DNA of 64,000 bases from Spizellomyces punctatus DAOM BR117. Taxonomy: Eukaryota. A program made the position numbers and the translations under genes. The stretch lies in NCBI GenBank assembly GCA_000182565.2, contig KQ257451.1. One strand, written 5' to 3'. Under the pieces are notes generated by a model. It made no database searches. It was not told the DNA's origin and saw nothing but the letters and a program-made list of their open reading frames with translations. Of the stretch, positions 41,359-55,661 are shown piece after piece (the stretch's first letter is position 1; the number at the start of each line of letters is the position of its first letter).

Positions 41359-44300
41359 ATGAGCACACGCCTTCGAAACTCTGGTGAGAATCTTTGACGT
41401 TATCTGCCACAAGCCCTCTCCTGGTAAGCATTCTGACGCATTCTGGGGCGGTTCCCTGTTATTTGCAGATACTAAAAAGAGGAAAACAACCGACACCCAG
41501 TTGCCAATATCGCATTTTCAGCAGTCTACACTTGACCATTTTGCCAACCGTGCTGTTGCTGACGGGTCGTCGTCACTGACCGGCGCGAAGAAGCCGAGGC
41601 TGGAGATGCAGTCAAAAGTGAACAGCGGACCAGCACGAAACGGCGTTTATCTTGATCTGACCAGCTTGTCGCCTTCGGCAATGGAAGATTCAAAGTATGG
41701 TTGTGGCTTTGGTGGGGATGCAAAAGGCAAGGGAAAGGCTCCTGCTGGTAGGCCTGATAGCCCCATTGCTGTGACTGCACCACTAGCGCGGGGCAGAAGA
41801 GAACCTGGACAAAAGCTGGTCATTAAAAGTTTTAAAGGTAGCTTGAGGTGGAGTATTCTGTTTTGAGTATGCTAGGCGCACTTCTGACACCATGCGCAGT
41901 AAAGCCAAAGTTACCGGAAAATTTTGTCACCGACACATGGAAAAAGCTGGAGCAGGCTGTCCATGCTGTTCATGAGAGTAGGCCCGTTGCAGATAGTCTG
42001 GAAGAACTGTACAAGGTGCGGTTAACAGCATCGGTCGTATAAGTACGTCGACGGACTCTGAGCTAAGAAGTGCGGTGGTAGGCGTGCGAAAATCTTTGTC
42101 ATCACAAGAAAGCGGATGAATTATACTCAAAATTACGGGACGTCTGTGATCAGCACATTCAAAAGGAATTAGGAAAGATTAAAAGGTAAGATTTAGGCAT
42201 GCATTGGGATAGAGACTGACTTGATACTAATTTTTGCGAAAGTACCCATGATATTTCTATATTGAAGATCGTTCACGAATGTTGGAGCAACCATTGCAGA
42301 CAGATGGTATGTGATTAACAGCCGGTTAAGCTTCTAGATGATAAAACTGATCCCATCTGCAATGAAAGATCTTAATCAGGAGTATCTTCCTGTACTTAGA
42401 CCGCACCTACGTCCTGCAAACATCTGGATTGCGGTCACTATGGGACATGGGCTTGGATCTTTTTCGCGAGAGGATAATGGATGACATGCAGCCGGTAAAA
42501 CTGAAAACCGTCAAAGCCCTACTGGACGAGATAGAGCGAGAAAGGTATCTAATAGCTGCCGCAACCCATACATATCTGGTCCGAATCATTGATGGCTATG
42601 GCCTCCAGAAACGGAGAACAAGTAGAGCGCGAGCTTCTCCGATCACTGCTTCGTATGTTTCTCGAGCTGTCAATATACTTTTCAGGCTTCGATGCCGCTT
42701 TTCGTGAGCGGACGGAATCGTATTATAGAGAGGAAAGTGATAGACGGATAAATGCTCTGGACAATGAGGGATCGGGGGGAGGAAACGTAGCACGGTATTT
42801 GGAACATGTAGAGATTCGGCTTCAGCAAGAAGTTGAGCGCTGCTCCGCTGGTCTGGGATATCTTGATGCTGGCAGCAAGAAGGGACTTGTTACTGTCGTA
42901 GAGACACAACTCCTCAAAAGACATGTCAAGACCTTGCTTGATAAGGGTAAGCACCGGCATCTTCACCTTGTAATTTCCATACGGCATACTCTAACTTCTT
43001 TCAAGGATTACATGAGCTCATGGAGGACACTCGCACCACGGATCTGGCAAGAATGTATACATTGTTCAACCGCGTAGGAGCTACAGAGGACCTTCGAAAA
43101 GCCTTTTCACAGTACATACGGGTAAGCTTTATAAAGAAATGGAGATTAGGACTCCCTGTGTGGCAATTCAGACTCCGTTTTTCCATGTAGAAAACGGGAT
43201 TGACCCTCGTCAGCAGCGAAGCTCGAGATCCGACCATGGTCGATGATCTTCTCAAATTCAAAACGCGAGTAGACCATCTGTGGGAAAAATCGTTTGCCAA
43301 AAATGAAAGCTTTGGCAACGCGTTGAGAGAAGCGTTCGAATTCTTCATCAACCAACGTCAAAACAAACCTGCGGAGTTGATCGCAAAGTATGTCGATGTC
43401 AAGCTCCGAAGTGGCAAGGGGGTGACGGAAGAAGAACTTGAGGTTGCACTGGATCAGTGTCTGGTCTTGTTCAGATTTATTCACGGTAGGGGACATAAGT
43501 GCTGGTCGAACCTTTGGCCGGAACCTGGCTAATATTGCAACAGGAAAGGACGTCTTTGAAGCTTTCTATAAGAAGGATCTGGCAAAGCGACTGCTACTCC
43601 AGCGCAGTACCAGCGTAGACGCTGAGAAGAGCATGTTGAGTAAACTGAAAACTGGTAGGTGTGGTTAACGGCCGTACTAGCGCTTGACATGACCGGTTGA
43701 CCTGAATGATTTATAGAATGTGGGCCTAATTTCACATCGAAATTGGAGGGAATGTTCAAGGATGTGGAAATCTCTCGAGACTACATGACAAGTTTCCGTG
43801 AGGTGCGTTTGGCTCGTTTTCCTTTGCATGAACCCACGTGATCCCAACTGTTGGCGGTTTAGTCTCCACGATACACCAACCAGCTTGGAGCAATCGAGCT
43901 TTGTGTCAACGTGTTGACGCAAGGGTACTGGCCGACGTATCCGCCAATTAACGTCAACTTGCCAGATGAGGTTGGGATCAGATACATTGTTGATGAATTT
44001 CATTCAGAAACGGTTTTAACATGCGCATCATTCTAGTTATCACATTGCCAAGATGTATTCAAGGACTTCTACATGCATAAGCACAGCGGTAGGAAGTTGA
44101 CGTGGCAGAATTCCCTTGGCACTTGCATCCTCAAGAGCAATTTCAACAAGGTAAGTGAGCGATGGAGTTCCGACAGCTTGATTTGTCCTTAACTGTCAAC
44201 GTATGACTGTAGGGCAAGAAGGAGCTCTCGGTATCGCTGTTCCAAGCGATTGTCCTCCTCTTGTTCAATGACGAGACACATCACACGTACACAGAAATTC

Positions 44301-44797
44301 GAGAAGCTACAGGGTTAGAGGACAAGGAGTTAGAGCGAACTTTGCAGTCTCTAGCATGTGGCAAAGTTCGTGTCCTAAACAAAACCCCCAAAAGCAAGGA
44401 CGTCTCTCATTCCGATTCGTTCGAATTCAACGCGAGCTTCGAATATGCGTTGTATCGAGTCAAGATCAATCAAATCCAGATGAAGGAGACATCCGAGGAA
44501 CAAAAGGATACTGAGGAGCGGGTTTTCCAAGACCGGCAGTACCAGGTCGATGCAGCAATTGTTCGCATCATGAAGATGCGCAAGACATTGAGTCATTCAT
44601 TACTCATGACGGAACTGTTTGATCAACTAAAGTTCCCTATTAAGGTGGGCAATGTATCTGAGGGTTGAATCAGCACTGCTTACTGAATCCCATCATATCA
44701 GGCTGCCGATCTGAAGAAAAGGATCGAGTCCCTTATTGACCGTGATTATCTCGAGAGGGATGCCAAAGACCCGACTGTATACAACTATTTGGCCTGA
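41359..44797 (+). CDS. CUL4: Cullin-4
   Basis: [80 protein letters not shown] and YNYLA*. Confidence 0.93.
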
Positions 44798-45113
44798 TCC
44801 GCGGCCTCTGGCGCTCTCAATGTAATTATGCATATATCAAATAGCCCGTTTCTTCTTGATCTGGGTTCTGGCCATTTGAAACATGGCCTTTTACATATCT
44901 CGTTGAATATATTGTGTATTGAATTCGTTCTTTGGCGCCAATCGCCAGTGGCCGTGCAAGCCACATCCGCGCCACACCGGTTGTCGCCGTGCATGGAGAT
45001 TTGGGTCGGCTCGCAAGTTGGCTTGGAAAGCTGGTCCGTGGTGGAAGGTGCGCGAATATTGGGGCCCCCCAACCAGCTAGACACTCCTGAACTTGTATCT
45101 TTCCTCTTAAAAT

Positions 45114-46874
45114 ATGTTGAGGTCTTATGCTGTGCTGCCCCGCAAGACGGGAACGACCATCTTGGTGCTATCGGTACGGCCATACTCTGCCCATTTACCC
45201 AATCCTGCGAAGATGGCGGGCAACAGTACTAACCTTGCGAGATCCGGCGTTATTTTCTATTTTACAGCGACAAGTTCACGACATTGTGAAACGTCCCGCC
45301 ACCAACGAAGTCGTTGTCCAAAAGGGCCCGGGAGGTCGTTCCTCGGTCTCTGGTCACATTGCGACCGTTTTGGGATGTACGGGATTCCTAGGCCGTTATG
45401 TTGTGAATAACCTTGGTTCGTCCCATTTGTCTTTGGCCCTGTGCATGCACATGTCTGGTACTGGCGTAGGGTTGGCGCTTGCTGATGACCGTTTCACTGT
45501 GGCCGCCATGCAGGAAAATCAGGCACGCAAGTGGTTACTCCCTACCGAGGCACCGACGATGACCGGAGACATTTGAGGCTTATGGGCGATCTGGGACAGA
45601 TTGTGCCACTGGTGAGGAAAGATGAGGGATTGTAAAGACTTTACTGGGACGACGTGTTCAAAAATTACCTGCAGAGATTCGACATTCGTAACGAGGACTC
45701 CATCCGAGAAAGTGTTCGCCATTCCGATGTGGTGTACAATCTGATTGGGAAAGACTTCAAAACAAAGTATGGAGTTGGGGAATCGGTTTCCGTTATGTGA
45801 ATTCTTATTGACATTTTCCAATAGGAACTTTACGTTCGAGCAAGTCCATGTAGAAGGTGCCGCGCGAATTGCGCGCATTTGCAAAGAGGAAGGTGTATCC
45901 AAACTTATCCACGTCTCGGCACTGAATGCCGATGAAAACTCGAATTCTCACTTTCTGCGGACCAAGGTATATTTATTGTGATGATCACTAAGGATGTTGT
46001 GAAGTATTGCCAATTAAACAAACTCGCAACTCTGTGATCAAGGCCTTAGGAGAGAAGGCTGTCAAGGAAGAGTTCCCTGATGCTACGATCGTTCGCCCTG
46101 GAACGATGTATGGTCACGAAGACAGATTCTGGAACCGGTTGGGATGTGAGTATGGTCCTGAAGGTACTCTAGTTTGTGTTCAATGTTCTCAAACGTCTTT
46201 GTAGGGTTTGTCAAATGGCTTCCTGGCGGCATCCCCATCTTGAACGGAGGGAAAACTCGCATAAGGCCCACATACGTAAGTACTAAATTCTTGATTCACT
46301 TTGTGGTCTATTAAATGAAGAATACCCTTTGCTGCAGGTCGGTGACGTAGCACACGTGCTTGCTAAGCTGGAAAAGGATGATCGAGCTGTTGGAAAAGTG
46401 GTGGAACTCTATGGGTGAGTTACAAAGGACATTCTTTGAATCAGATGGTGCGCTGACGCACTTGTCAGACCAAAAGAGTACTACTATGCCTCACTAGTGG
46501 AGTTCTTCTTGGATGTTACCCGTCGTGACCTTGCCGCCGTTTACGTGCCAAAGTTCTTCGCCAAGACGGCCGCAGCTATCCTGGATAAGGGTATGGCTAC
46601 CCCCATCATCGCCCCGGATGAAGTTGAGCGAGTGAGTACTTTCTGATTTTGAGGCCATGGGGACGACGCATAGCTGACATTGCGTGTATCAAAGCTTTAC
46701 GTCGATGATAAGCCCACCTCTGGTGCCCTGACCTTTGCGGACTTCAACGTGAAGCCGCACACAGTAGAAGAGCAGATTGTCCGATTTGCTGGCTTGTACA
46801 GGGCACATGAATATCAACGGGCACCATACGAGACGATTGTTCGCAAATACACGACGGAGGACGTTAAGCTTTGA
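45114..46874 (+). CDS. NDUFA9: NADH:ubiquinone oxidoreductase 39-kDa subunit
   Basis: Basic presequence, [54 protein letters not shown] and [14 protein letters not shown]. Confidence 0.93.
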
Positions 46875-47135
46875 GTTAAAGGGCTACGTGACAGATTACA
46901 TGACTTTTTAAGACATATTCATACCCTCATATGGTGGTTTTCAACATTTGTATGTCGCATCAGCGTTAAGTGCATCGAGCTGACAGTCAATTACAAAAAG
47001 CACATACGCACCGTAACCAGATGACAATGCCTTAGCTACGTTAAAGATACGCAAAAACAATGAAGGGGTAGGTTCTCCGCCCTCACATCCATCTCATCCC
47101 TCCGAGCAACAGGAAAGGCACGTTGGCCATCAAAA

Positions 47136-47980
47136 CTATCTATCATCCAATTTCGTCGTACGTAAATACGGCAATACCGTCTTAAACCCCGGGAACAACC
47201 GTGCAGCCTCCTCATTGCTGACTCCATTATGTATAATCACTTCGTCTCCCTTCCCTGTCCAGTCTGCCGGTGTCGCGACCTTTCTCCTATCTCCCAATTG
47301 CAAAGAATCAATCGTTCGCAAAATCTCGTTAAAGTTTCTTCCAGTGACAGCAGGATAAGTCATAATAAGGCGGATTTTGTTGGCAGGATCGATGATGAAG
47401 ACGGAGCGAACTGTTAGAGGTAGCCCGCTTTTGTCGACATTGGACGGATCTTGATAGTCCAACATGTCGTAGAGTGTGGCAACTTTCCGATCGGCATCGG
47501 CTATAATTGGGAAGTCGACTTGACAGCCCTGTAAATTGGATGAAAAGAGAACCTGTTGAATGTTCCTCCATCTTTCTTTATGAATACCTCAAGGGAAAAG
47601 CACATACCTGTGTTGTGTTGATATCACTGATCCATTGTCCATGACTACTAAGATCGTTGCAAGACAATCCAATCACTTTTACATTCCGCGTTTGCCATTC
47701 TGTTCGTAGTCTTGCTACAGCACCGAGTTCGGTTGTGCACACTGGGGCTTTTTGTAACCAACATGAGTGGTGAGGGGGAACGGATTAGTTGATAACTGTT
47801 GTACTAAACTACCACAACAAGTAAAGTGTCTCCACGTAGCCAACTGCTTTACTTACTGAAATCCTCCGGATGGGAAAATAGGATGGCCCACGCTCCTTCT
47901 TTCCAAGTATGGAATTCGACCTCGCCTTGTGTTGTCTCCGCCTTGAAATTCGGCGCTTCATCACCGAGGCGGAGGCCCAT
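47136..47980 (-). CDS. 1-Cys peroxiredoxin (Prx6/PRX1 family)
   Basis: MGLRLGDEAPNF, FSHPEDFT|PVCTTELG, FPIIAD, TVRSVFIIDP, YPAVTGRNFNEILR and VATPADW. Confidence 0.93.
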
Positions 47981-48298
47981 TCTTGCAATGACTTTCAAGT
48001 GTGTGGAGGATGGGCAGTGCAGCCACCTTGAGTTCGCCCGTCGAGGCGGCGATGGAAATGGGCGGGAGGGATGTCTTGCAGCAGCGTGGGAAACACTTTT
48101 TTTTGTGTGTGCAGTGGTGAGAACATTCCCCCCTACAGCCCAGCTATCGCGCAGTTAGTCATGGATATTCGCCATTTCTCACACGACCAAAGCGGTAGGT
48201 TCGATACTCGGTTGGTGCAAATTGACAATCGACATGGCAGCCTTTTTTTTTCAAGTAAAACTGGTAGAAACGATATTAGACTATGTACAATTATATTT

Positions 48299-50329
48299 TT
48301 ACATCGCTGGCAGTACGCTATTTCTTTCGGCATCCTCAACAAATGTATTGATCATTTGCCTAACCTGTTTTTTCTGGTCTTGCGGGGCAAAGTGTCCTGC
48401 TAATAAGATCTCCACCCTTTTGAGCTGCTGGTACTTTGTAACATATCCCGCAACGTGGCCGTCAACTTTCCAAATCTGCCTATCCGCTTTAATGTACCCT
48501 TCTCGATCCTCCCAATCCAGATTCTCGATCCATTCCGTCTGTCCCAGAACTCCATCACGGAAATCAAACTGCGCCTGATACAACAAAACGTGATAGCCGC
48601 TATTAAGCAATTCTGCAACTTGTGGGGCGGCGCTGCGCATGATATCATGTGCAAGATGGAATGCGACCGCTGGGTCGCTGTGATAAAAGCCAGGGTCGCG
48701 CCTTGGATCACCATCGCAAGATTTTCTTTGCAGATGGCCACCGCAGACATTGATAGCTTTGCGGACATCGGTACGGGAGAGAAAGGCGTCCAGGCCTTGA
48801 TGACTTTTCGGTACATCGCCCTGTCTTACATCGTACACATTGATTCCGCCGGTCACATTCGCAAAGTATTCAAACATTGCTTTCCGAGCCTCTCCGGCTT
48901 CAGTCCATTCCTGACGTCCCACATGGTCAATTGCTGCATCAGCATATTGAGTTATCCTCGTTGCTTGTAATTTGTTCACAAGTCCAACAGCAAGGGCTAG
49001 CGGTGCATGGTACTTTATCTGTGTTACCGGATCCGTGAGGCCATCGCCGATTGCAATGCCCTTCAAAGGAATTTTTGTCGGGTGCTCTGATAGTCGGTTA
49101 AAGGTGTGAATCGCTGATGCAAAATGAGGAACATATTTTCCAGCATAAGATTCGCCTGTGAGGAACAGAGAGCTTTCAAGTTGTTCAGGGAAAATTTCGT
49201 AGAACTTCAGAAGAAAAGTGCAAAGGTCCCTGCTGACCGCGGCTTCATTGGCCGCATAGCCATTCACGTAAAGCGGACTATTTTCGTCACTTTTATCCCT
49301 TGGTTCTTCTGAGGCGCGGTCCTTATGTGCAAAGTTCTCGTCCCTGGGTGTCACATAGCTGAATCCCGTTCCAACGGGGTTGTCGATGAATAGAATAGAA
49401 TAGTCCTTATTCCATGTCTGCGTGTTTCTTTCTAATTTTCCTTTTTTCACTCTCATGGGTCCCAGTTCGTCGAACAAGCCTATCATGGAGCTTGACCCAG
49501 GACCACCTTGCAACCAAATGAGAAGCGGTGGCCTGGACGTGGAAGGAGATTGAGCCGGGAAAAACCAAAAGAAAGTACTTGCGCGACCCGATGCCGTGGG
49601 GGCTGAGACGGAACTGGGCCATCCATCAGGAAAGGTTCTGATATTGTCAGAGCGCCCATTAGATACAGTGATCTGCATAAGAGAACTCACAACGTTTAAT
49701 CCTCTACCAACCTGACATCAATAAATCCAGCATAGCTTCGTGTCACCGGCTTTTCTCCCTTGCTCCACGGCAACGGACCGACGGCATACTTTTCCTTAGC
49801 GGCATTCTTCAGCTTGCGAAGCTTCCCGTTGCCATATATTTCCACGTCTTGGTGCCGAATATGATTCGGGAGCAGCGCGCACAGCAGGAATATGGTGAAG
49901 ACGGCAATCAAAACCGTCTTGCCACGACTGTCCGTGGCAGGAGTTCGAGTTTAGGGATTGTACAGCAGCTCATGCTTGGAGCATCAACTATATATACCTA
50001 TGCTGCACACCCTCTCTGAGCTTCCGAAGGCGGATGCCGACTGCATTAGTCGCGGTTGTCCACGGCTCCCGTTTGCCAGGTGCCCGTGCAGTATGGAGGA
50101 CAGGTGGTGACAGGGACATAAATGCAGGGAACTTTGTGTCGTCCATGTCGACGGCTTCTGTGATCATGTTGGTGAAAATCACAGGCGTCCTTTTCACGGC
50201 ATCCAGTTGACGAGAGGAGTTCTTGGGCTCACAAGCTACCGTAGCAACCTGACGCGACGCGTCCACCACGCGGGAGGGCAGGACGTTTATCTTGAAAGGT
50301 GTCGCCAACAAGCTCCCTATCGTCGTCAC
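48299..50329 (-). CDS. Serine carboxypeptidase, family S10 (CPVL-like); exact start uncertain
   Basis: WLQGGPGSSS, IDNPVGTGFSY, TGESYAGKYVP, IGDGLTDP and AGHFAPQDQ; upstream exons encode a TM/signal segment. Confidence 0.9.
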
Positions 50330-50530
50330 TTGCCACCTAATGTTTGCAAGTACTTGTAGAGGATGTCAAACGTTTCATAGTGCAGAAACAGAAGGGAGTA
50401 TGGGACCTCTTGCCACGATGATAAATCGCACCTTTGTTACTCGTTAATATGGCCCACATCATTCGACAATTATGATAAATATGATGTGGAGGAGTCTCCT
50501 AAAGAGAACCGTGCCCACATTGTCCGGAAG

Positions 50531-51569
50531 TCAGTATGCAAGGTGTAGATAATGAAAGGGAGGGTGACCCGCTATTGCATGTTTGAGAAGCTTCTTCGGC
50601 TGTTGAATATGGAAATTCACGCATTTGTGCAGCTTCGTTGCGGAGATAACGTTCGGCATATGGCATGCGCTTTCCTCCCTGCGACTACGTACAATGGAAA
50701 AGTGGAAGGGCAATTCATGTAATTCAAAGTCTGTACAATATCTATTGGCCATCCCATGATCAGAGCTTCTATTAGTATAGTTGACGGAGCTTAACCTAAC
50801 CTCCGGGTACGCGGCAATCTTCTGATCCGTGCCATCTTGCGGAGCGGCGACGTAAGACCGTCCTTACGTCCACGCTGCCAACCATACTGACGCATTCTAG
50901 TTATCGAATTGAGCAATTTGCCAGTTCAGGAATTTCTAGGGCGCTTGTTGGCATGTGCCTCCTCATGTGGTGCATCTGCCGCCTTGTTTATGGATAGATG
51001 AGAAAACTCTCGATAGATTCGGGGGAAGGATGATGGAAGACAGGAGAGGTATCGTGTAATCTCACTGCGGAGTTGTGTAGGTGTCTGATGATAAACGATG
51101 TTTAGATATTGCTATCGTTAGTTCTTTGGACCGTACCCACCATGTCAGTAAAGTCCAGATACAGGGCAAGGACGCCCGACGTTTGAAGGGCATCAATAGC
51201 TGCTTGTCGCACTTTTACATCTTCGAGTGTTCTTTCCTGAGGTCCTCTACATGCCCTCTTTACTGCTATTGCAGCGTTTGCTCCAACCAACAAAGTCTGG
51301 TGCGCCTGTGCGCCTTCCGGTAGCTTTGGGAAGTATGCAGTTATCTTAGTTGGGGCTTCAAGCGCTGATACATTGGACAGAGCAAGAGGGTAAGGGAGTG
51401 GATGCTGCGCCGGAAAGAAAGAAGAGGGCGGCCGGTGAATGGAGGTATGCTTGGATGCTGTCGAAATTGCTGCGGTCGTGCCAGAGCTCTCTTTCTCTTG
51501 AGGTATCCAGGCGGCGGTAGAGGAGCGAAGGGATTGTAGAGAGGAATTGTGAGGATTCCCAAAGGACAT
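50531..51569 (-). CDS. Possible multi-exon hypothetical protein
   Basis: ORFs 51102-51569 and 50531-50752, plus a GTTAGG...AATAG intron-like segment near 50742-50800; no recognised family. Confidence 0.3.
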
Positions 51570-52290
51570 TCTTTGCCGTTGCCGTTATGAGGGCGTCAGC
51601 CGGTTATTTGGGCTACTGGTGTGCCATGTCAATCTAGTGAACAAGATCTTTTGCAAACGCGCAGATCCATTAGCAGTCCCGCTTAGTCGTTGAGCAAGCT
51701 CCAAGTAGTTTTAACACTAGGCTTTTGTCGGATCTTTATGCCAAAATCCCAATCCTGCCAAGCGTTGTTTAAAGTAATTGTTGAAAACAAAAAACATATT
51801 GTCCTCTTGTGTTTGATAAGAGTCCGTTGTTGTTGAGCACCTCCGAAGGGGGATCATTGTCCTAAAATGCCATAACTCCCTTCCTGAGCGAGAATTGGAA
51901 TTGGACCATGCGGCCGCTACGATCTGGAATGCCATCATCCAAACGTCCTGCTCCATCCAAGCGTTGCCCCTGCAGGTGGGTTCCGTTCACCAGGCGGACG
52001 GAGGGGCGGACAACATCGACGAACAAACGCGTTCCAGGAGCATCTGAGCTTAGCCGCCCCGCTGTGCGCAGGTTGGCTTTTCTCGCGCTGGCAACCCGGG
52101 TCGCAGTCCAGAGGAGTCGACGTGGGTTGTTTACCAACTCCAGCGGCAACCAGTCCTACCTTACTCAGGCTCACGGAATTCCCACAACGAACAAGAAAGA
52201 AGCAAGTGAAACAACGCACCATTGTCGCGACTTGAAGTACCCCAAAGTAACCACTACATCAACAGGTGTCGAATTCCGCATCCGTTGAAA

Positions 52291-54501
52291 ATGCCCCTAG
52301 TCCTGAACGAACTCCATCCTCCCGTCTTCTCAGATGGGACACCAGATTTTTACCCAACAGTCTATAAATCCCCTCGTGCACCTGCTGGTGGTTATGTTGA
52401 ATGCGATCCTTCACGCGTGCAGAAATATTTGGACAAGCTCTCTATTGCTTTGAAAGACGCCTACATACAAAGCCCAGAAAAGATACCAGGCGTGGATATG
52501 GCCGAGGTTATAAGACATGGTGGAGTAGCCTTCAAGAACAATGTATTCTTGAGGCGCTTTCCCGACCATTACAGAATGTTTGAGAGTCGAAAGCCGGAAC
52601 ATATGCCTGGAAGTACTCCAAGTACACCTGCTGCCTCCTCGGCTCCATCTCCCGCTGTAGGCTCTTCAACTGGCGCGAACGGTGGAACTACTATTGACGT
52701 GGAAAGTGAAGGGTCCTTGGCGGCAGCTGCGAAAACGGAGGCGGTATCTACAGAGGAGGACCCTAGTAAATCACGACTGCCAAAAAGCGAAAAGTTTCGG
52801 GCGGATGCTTTCATTTTTGGTCACCCCAGGTGAAAACGGACACATCTGCAGTAATTGGTGAAAATACTTAATATCCTTTTGCATCTACCCATAGCGGATC
52901 AAAGTATCGATCTACAAATGAGTTTACACCACATTTGCTGTGGTTAGTGAATGACGATTCACATGACCATCGCAATTGCCCATGCAAGCTCTGTTCCAAT
53001 TTCCTCAAGTCTGGCGGGTAAATGCTTTTGAAGTTGTTTACCGCTTCTCGATCACATCTTCAACCTCATCAGCCCATCGAACAGGAAATGCTTCCCGAAA
53101 GGAAAAGGCACATCACTAGGTCCCGTCACACCTTCCACTTCTCTTAAATCCCGTTCTCAATCCGTCAAACACGATATCGAACCCAGTCCCCTTACAATCG
53201 CTTCTGTCTCGCGCACTGCATCCCCGCTAGTGCTACCCGAAGCAAAGAAACAGACGCCAAGAATAGATGACGTGTGGGAGATGGATTACAAAGTTGGTGG
53301 CAGCTTTTTGAGGAGGAGTCGTACTGGTCTGTTGGCTAATACTGCAGTTTTTTCCTTAAGAGTTCTGCACGGACATCACCAAATCCTGCTTCTCGCGACG
53401 GGACAGATTCAGACGACGAGGGGGCTAGCATCAAAGCTCGTAAAACGAAACATAAAAGGTCAAAAGAGAGCGGCGTATACTCTGACGCAAAGTATAAAAA
53501 AAAGTATCGTGAGTTGAAGAGAAAGATTCATGAAATTGAGGAGGTAAGGATTTGGATTCCCTGTACGTTTCATTCTTTTCTATTACCTTCTGTTCTTATG
53601 GTTGGTGACTTGTGTCGGTAATAGGAAAACTCAAAAATGATAGAAGAGTACGATGTTACGAAAAAGCGTCTTTCGCGATTGCGGTTTGAGCGGGGGTGTG
53701 TACAATGCTTGCATCACCATATTTGCGACGAGGGATATCACGCAAACTTACATTTTAATCAGTCTCTTATACGAGCGACTGCAATTCGTACATCAAGGTA
53801 GCATACCTAAGGAACCTTTATCGAAAGAAGTGAGTGCCAGCAGGCAAGACAATAGGAAACTAACTTTATTAATGTCTCGCAGTCCTCACCTCCAAGTAGT
53901 CCATCCTCCGACACCGAACAAGAACCGATCCCACCTCCATCTACTATCAAAAAACCAGTGAAGCGAAAAGAAAAGAAGCCAATCGATCCAAACGCGCCGC
54001 GACGGCCCGCAAATGCCTTTATGCTATTTTGTGACTTGAGTCGTGAGCAGTTAAAAAAGGAGCGTGAAGGGTTAGAGGAGGCCGAAATTGAGGAAAAAGG
54101 ATTGACAAATCTCACAAAGGCCCTGGGTGCAAGATGGAAAGGCTTGGGCGAGGAGGAGAAAGGACGTGAGTGCCAGATTGGCTTTCCTACGAAGCTTGCT
54201 ATACTTTTGTTGATATCAGTTGTCTCTGGAAACTACAGGATGGCGAGCGTTGTTCTTGGAACAGGTACAGCGTTATGATCGCGAGATGCTCGAATATCAA
54301 GGTGGGGGAAGCGGACGGGACGATACGACGCTTGGGGTGGATCGGATGGGTGTAGGTGTTCCATCTTCTCCCGCCCTTGTACCAAATGAGGGGGCAAGGG
54401 AAGGCGAGGACGAGGTGCTAGATGAGGAACCATTAGGAAGTGAGCTTGAAAGTGCAGCGGAGAAGGAGGATCTGATGGAAGGGGTGGAGGTTGTGAGCTG
54501 A
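52291..54501 (+). CDS. Chromatin protein: Clr2 N-terminal-like domain + INO80E-like coiled coil + HMG box (Nhp10-like), probably one fused gene
   Basis: FRADAFIFGHP|SGSKYRSTNEFTPHLLWL...CPCKLC (Clr2-like); YKKKYRELKRKIHEIEE|ENSK...RLRFER.LLYERL; DPNAPRRPANAFMLFC...LGARWK (HMG). In-frame GT-AG intron 53018-53084 links the halves. Confidence 0.72.
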
Positions 54502-55159
54502 TGCGATAGAGACGGAGGTGCTTTGTATAGTTGAGATCTCGTCCTTTTAGTGGGTATTTTGCCGTGTAATTTTTTGACCACCTCTTTTTTTTGTACAAAC
54601 ATGTTTGTAAAGACCTTGAGGTAGCAAGCAGCAATTTTGTAATTTTGTAAAGCACGAGTTGGCCTCTACACTAACAGAGCAAGAAGCTGGATCTACATCA
54701 AGGGCCTGTCCATAGGACACCGCGGAGAAATGATTTGGATTGGAGGCAGCTGGATACTGTCTTTTACACTATCTGTCAGATTTCGTACAGCTCTGCTCAT
54801 CCCAAAAGCCCCTCCTGAAAATACGCACCAAATGCCATTACGATCGTGGCTCAGTTATGCGACATCGAGATCCCTTCAAACCGCCTGTGTCTGAGCTGCT
54901 TACAGCACGCAGGGTCTACGTATCGGTTTGCGAAACAAAGGAATCCGGAGTTGAAGGGCGAAGAGCGGCACGATCGGCAAAGCGAGGTGTGAAAAGGGTA
55001 TGGTAGTGGCTGTGAAGCGGACACCATCCAAATCACCCACTCCCCTCTCGTATTGTCTTACCGTCTCTTCGACTGTACTTTCGAACCTTTTGATGGCAAT
55101 ACATATGCATTCCTGTCCTGGAAGCATCTGCCAGTTCTTAATATGTCATTCGGTCTTTC

Positions 55160-55489
55160 TTACGTCGTATTGGCGTTATCACCAACAGTTTCCCCTGTCC
55201 GACGTCCCAGCCCTAGTTCATCCGCCTTTGCCAGAGCCCTCAAAACCTCCAAATCATGTCTACCCATCTCTATTAAATGTTCCACCTTTTTTGGATCAGA
55301 TTCTTCCCGGTAGAGCTCATACAGTTGTCGAAGGTTCGACGCTAGTTTTCGCCGGTGTGGATCGTTTCTCGCCAGTACTCTGCCTACTGTGGAGGTGGGT
55401 ATGCCAAAGCCTCTTTGCAGCCGTATAACTCTCAGAGCTTCACGGAAGAGACGGAGGGAAGGAATGTGAGGTCTGTTGATGGCCGACAT
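55160..55489 (-). CDS. LYR-motif (complex 1 LYR family) small protein
   Basis: SLRLFREALR...LRQLYELYREESDPKKVEHLIEMG fits the LYRM helical pattern. Confidence 0.65.
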   Translation of the reverse strand: MSAINRPHIPSLRLFREALRVIRLQRGFGIPTSTVGRVLARNDPHRRKLASNLRQLYELYREESDPKKVEHLIEMGRHDLEVLRALAKADELGLGRRTGETVGDNANTT

Positions 55490-55661
55490 GATGGTGGGGA
55501 GACAGAGACCCTTCCAATGAGGCCTTTGCATTTGAACGATGTTGCTATGGTTACTTCCCTGGGACAGGTCAAGCGCTTGCGTCGAGATCGCCAACTTCCA
55601 ACCCCACCCTTGCAGACAACACCCATCTCCCAACAGCCTCTTTGGATAGTCGTTAGCCAGA

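Noticed and set aside
50790-50803. CTTAACCTAACCT resembling a telomerase RNA template, with a nearby GACGTAAG/CTTACGTC hairpin (~50849-50870)
   Set aside because: It does not match a TTAGGG template (CTAACCCT). On the minus strand it reads as a GTTAGG splice donor of a plausible short intron, and no other TER hallmarks are visible.
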